Source: Macrostomum lignano
Lineage: Eukaryota
Reading direction: 5' to 3'
NCBI GenBank assembly: GCA_002269645.1
Contig: NIVC01000355.1
Span: forward strand, 122,956-186,955
Length of the DNA stretch: 64,000 nucleotides
The translations under genes and the position numbers were made by a program. The notes under the pieces were generated by a model. The model did no database searches. It was not told where the DNA came from and saw nothing but the letters and a program-made list of their open reading frames with translations. Shown here in pieces: positions 61,452 to 64,000 of this stretch. The first letter of the stretch is position 1. Each line of letters opens with the position of its first letter.

Positions 61452-61841
61452 TCAACGTCGTTGTCCTAGCAGACCACCAAACAGTCCAGTGATTAACGGT
61501 GCAGCAATCTTGGCGAGAATTGGTAGGAATCCTCCAACTTGAGGGTCCGATAGTATCATATTCTTCTTCCTATTTATAGACAGTTTTTTGTCGGCCATGT
61601 CATGCAGGGCTTCTCTATAACGTTTCAACCTTGCAAACTGTCTAGGGGATAGATCGATATTGCCCTTGAGTACATTGTGGCTTAACTCGCACAGACACTG
61701 CATCAACTCATTATCGGCTCCCCTAATAATGGCCCTCCTTCGATGTGGTCGCGCGTCACCGAGCTCCTCTAGCTCGCGACGGCAAGAACAAAGACGAGAA
61801 ATTCCGTTTGTCATTATTAAGGTGGTAAGCATTGCGTGCAT
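61452..61841 (-). CDS. Conserved Maverick pX/pVI-like protein with a C-terminal amphipathic peptide (start at 61841 or 61814)
   Basis: L..L....P..R..II..AD.EL...LCEL..NVLKGNI.L...L.RY...L motif and terminal QVGGFLPILAKIAAPLITGLFGG. Confidence 0.75.
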   Translation of the reverse strand: MHAMLTTLIMTNGISRLCSCRRELEELGDARPHRRRAIIRGADNELMQCLCELSHNVLKGNIDLSPRQFARLKRYREALHDMADKKLSINRKKNMILSDPQVGGFLPILAKIAAPLITGLFGGLLGQRR

Positions 61842-61879
61842 ACATGTGCATATTTTGTTTATTTATAAGCAAAGCATAA

Positions 61880-62396
61880 TTAGAGTTGCAGAATAGCAGT
61901 CACGTGGTCGTACATTTTACACAGTTCGTCATAGTTTCGTATTCCTAGGAACACTAACCGACCATTCTTTCCGCACAGGGCACTTGGCCTTGCGGAATGG
62001 GGACTTTATTACAAGCCCATTGAATACCTCACTCTCCCACTCAACCCAGCGCGAGCTCGAGTTGGCAAGGCGGAAAAAGTTTGGCTTAACATTAACTTCT
62101 GCACGATAAGTACCGGTAGTGATAACAACAGAGTTTGGTTTACATTGAGCAAAAAGACGCAGCACATCGTTGGTTGATTGGCAACCAAAAACAATGGCAG
62201 ATAATGAACGTTTGAAAAAGTTTATTGTACACTTTCCGATCCTCAGGTTGTACAATGCCCGGGGTCTATGAAACGTTCTAGCGCGCGCCCAGTCCAAGTT
62301 CGGTAGGTGGTTCCACCTTGCGCAAAACACCCTGTTTACGCACACGACGTTCTGCAAGCGGTTTTTTCGGTTGCTTTTGTTTCCGCTCAGCTCCAC
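61880..62396 (-). CDS. Divergent TATA-binding protein (TBP)-like gene, interrupted by a 1-nt frameshift at ~61984
   Basis: LQNVVC...LRIGKCTINFFKRSLSAIVFGCQS and WESEVFNGLVIKSPFRKA, then in the +1 frame SALCGKNGRLVFLGIRNYDELCKMYDHVTAILQL*. Motif spacing matches both TBP repeats. No in-frame ATG. Confidence 0.65.
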
Positions 62397-62956
62397 CAGC
62401 TCCGCGCTTGCGTCCTACCTTGATTTTTAACGGTGGAATCCAGTAGCAGCGGTCAAACGCCTGCTTGGGAGCTTCTATGAATTGCAGTTGTTGAATTTTT
62501 GGCACCGCGGTTAGAACCGAGTCGTGAATCACCGCCGTGTCTAGGGCGAACAGTACTCTATAGTAGCCCGTCTTGTTCTTGTAGTCGGTGCACAACTTGC
62601 CGCTCTTGTCGTACATTTTAAAGTCGTGAGCCAATCCGAATGCAGCGCTGTCGCAGCCAAAAGTGGGGTTGTACCCAATAGCGCCATTCCTTGGATAGAG
62701 AGCTGGTGACACACGGAATTAACGCTTCTGGTATGCAGCTCTCCAAGTGCTTTTGGGAAAGAATGATGAATTCGCGGCCTTCATTGTCGGTTCTCACACC
62801 CTTGACAATCAGTACGGGCGTCGCATTGGCAAGATAGAGAGGGCCCTGTTCGTCGTACTCAATGTCGTACGTCTCGGTTCCGTTGTAGCTTGGACCTCTC
62901 GACTTGAGAGAGAATAGGTCGATCCTAACACTATTGTAGTCTTGAACGGTATCCAT
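62278..62956 (-). CDS. Putative OB-fold ssDNA-binding protein with a basic tail, split by a frameshift at ~62720
   Basis: ORFs 62618..62956 and 62278..62712 join by removing one A (GCG TTA [A] TTC CGT). YDIEY..PLYL, FKMYDKSGKL and YRVLFALDTAVI...PKIQQLQF resemble T7-gp2.5/NCLDV-type SSBs (by-eye). Confidence 0.4.
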
Positions 62957-63000
62957 GTTGCTGCTGTGCTGAGAGTGGGTCTCGCACCCTGAGCGCCTCC

Positions 63001-63312
63001 TTATATACCCTTGGGCGGAGGGTGGGGTGGCTGGGCGTTTTTGTTATAGTCCTTCTTTAACGACACTTTCCGGTGTTGGAAATCCGGAAAAATAAACCTT
63101 TTGTTTCGATCTTCTGGTCGAGGGGTTTGAGGCGTGTCGTTAATGCAGCTGCAGTGAGGGTTGATAGTCAACTTCGCTAGCACTGGTCTACTGTGTTTAG
63201 GTCGCCAAATCCTTTGGTGTTCCGTCCACGAGGGAGCAATCGGCTGGTGATTCCGGTACCGTATTTTCTCACGATGATCCTCTTGTAATATTGGGGCAAT
63301 TATCTGCTCCAT
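63001..63312 (-). CDS. Hypothetical Maverick protein, 103 aa
   Basis: ATG-started ORF overlapping the upstream ORF by 13 nt and ending in a TATATAA element. Confidence 0.5.
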   Translation of the reverse strand: MEQIIAPILQEDHREKIRYRNHQPIAPSWTEHQRIWRPKHSRPVLAKLTINPHCSCINDTPQTPRPEDRNKRFIFPDFQHRKVSLKKDYNKNAQPPHPPPKGI

Positions 63313-63557
63313 TCTTTGAAGATTGCTTTGAAATGCATCTTGTCTCTAAAGTAGTAGTCAATTCGGGCATCTGTATATTCTTGGGTGCTGTAAGGCCCTT
63401 GCCCAATTTCGTCTACCTCGACATTAAAGGTGACTAATCGTTCGGGAATTGGTTTGCCGTGACAAATGCATAACCAGTCTGTGGACTTTTTCAGGGTCTC
63501 GTACTCTGCCCTTTCTTTGCTCGATAAAAGCGGGTAGTCTCGAGAAATCCAGCTCAT
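63300..63557 (-). CDS. Hypothetical Maverick protein, 85 aa
   Basis: The ATG overlaps the upstream stop (ATGA at 63554-63557); protein-like composition. Confidence 0.55.
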   Translation of the reverse strand: MSWISRDYPLLSSKERAEYETLKKSTDWLCICHGKPIPERLVTFNVEVDEIGQGPYSTQEYTDARIDYYFRDKMHFKAIFKEWSR

Positions 63558-63757
63558 TCCTCTGACTCGTCAGATTCGTCGAGAAAGAAATAGTGGAAGA
63601 AATTGTCGACTCTATTCTTTTCAACTGCACAAAGTATTTTGTCTGACAGGTGAAATTCGCAGTCTCCTTTTACGTACAGGCGCTTCCCGTCGATAACTTT
63701 GATAGATGCGCCGCCTCCGAGATCGTAATCTGTGCAGCTAGTGCCCAGAAATTTCAT
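63554..63757 (-). CDS. Hypothetical Maverick protein, 67 aa (MKFLGTSC...DESDESEE)
   Basis: The ATG at 63757 overlaps the TGA of the upstream ORF (ATGA); acidic tail. Confidence 0.5.
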   Translation of the reverse strand: MKFLGTSCTDYDLGGGASIKVIDGKRLYVKGDCEFHLSDKILCAVEKNRVDNFFHYFFLDESDESEE

Positions 63758-63906
63758 TCGATGCCATTGTGCTCGACTAAACACGGCTCCTGGACAGCTA
63801 CAGTTTTGACAGTGGATGCGGAAACGCGGTTGTTTGGGTCCCAATATCCCACTTCCAGCACTGCGTTGTCAACGTGGGTGTACACTATTTCCGATTGCCA
63901 GTACAT
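63754..63906 (-). CDS. Hypothetical Maverick protein, 50 aa (MYWQSEIVYTHVDNAVLEVGYWD...GIE), not in the ORF track
   Basis: The ATG is 39 nt downstream of TATAAATA (63938-63945) and the stop overlaps the next ATG. Confidence 0.45.
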   Translation of the reverse strand: MYWQSEIVYTHVDNAVLEVGYWDPNNRVSASTVKTVAVQEPCLVEHNGIE

Positions 63907-64000
63907 TTCGATATTGTTGAGAAATACCAATTTTATTTATTTATAGGGCCGTCTGAACAGATTTCCAACCATTCCCTCCACTGTAAGAACGGTTCTCTCA

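Larger units (their letters stand above)
55005..64000 (-). mobile_element. Endogenous Maverick/Polinton (adintovirus-like) element; partial, continues beyond the window; left boundary uncertain
   Basis: Compact co-oriented intronless gene set: ATPase, adenain protease, major capsid protein, core-like ORFs, penton and retroviral-type integrase. The pPolB gene is not in the window. Confidence 0.93.

Overview
Eukaryotic (invertebrate animal) genomic DNA. GC-rich exons, AT-rich introns and many minisatellites are reminiscent of a free-living flatworm such as Macrostomum, but that is inference only. Five host genes could be reconstructed by hand from splice signals: a MARVEL-domain membrane protein (-), a phospholipid scramblase (+), porphobilinogen synthase ALAD (-, 7 exons), a dienelactone hydrolase/CMBL-like gene (+, 2 exons) and a class I DYRK kinase (DYRK1A/minibrain, +, 4 exons, ~826 aa). 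Mobile DNA comprises an apparently intact 3.8-kb hAT transposon with TIRs and an 8-bp TSD, MITEs, a Foldback-like element, two tRNA-derived SINE families (one with a CORE-like domain), and Penelope and RTE remnants. The last ~9 kb is an endogenous Maverick/Polinton (adintovirus-like) element on the minus strand that runs off the window. It encodes a packaging ATPase, adenain protease, major capsid protein, core-like proteins, a damaged penton and a damaged integrase. The main finding is that this element also carries a divergent TATA-binding-protein (TBP)-like gene, visible only after correcting a 1-nt frameshift. It sits next to a putative ssDNA-binding protein gene. TATAAATA-type boxes recur about 40-57 nt upstream of most of the element's gene starts, and several genes are joined by ATGA stop/start overlaps. 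All homology calls are by-eye motif recognition; no searches were run.
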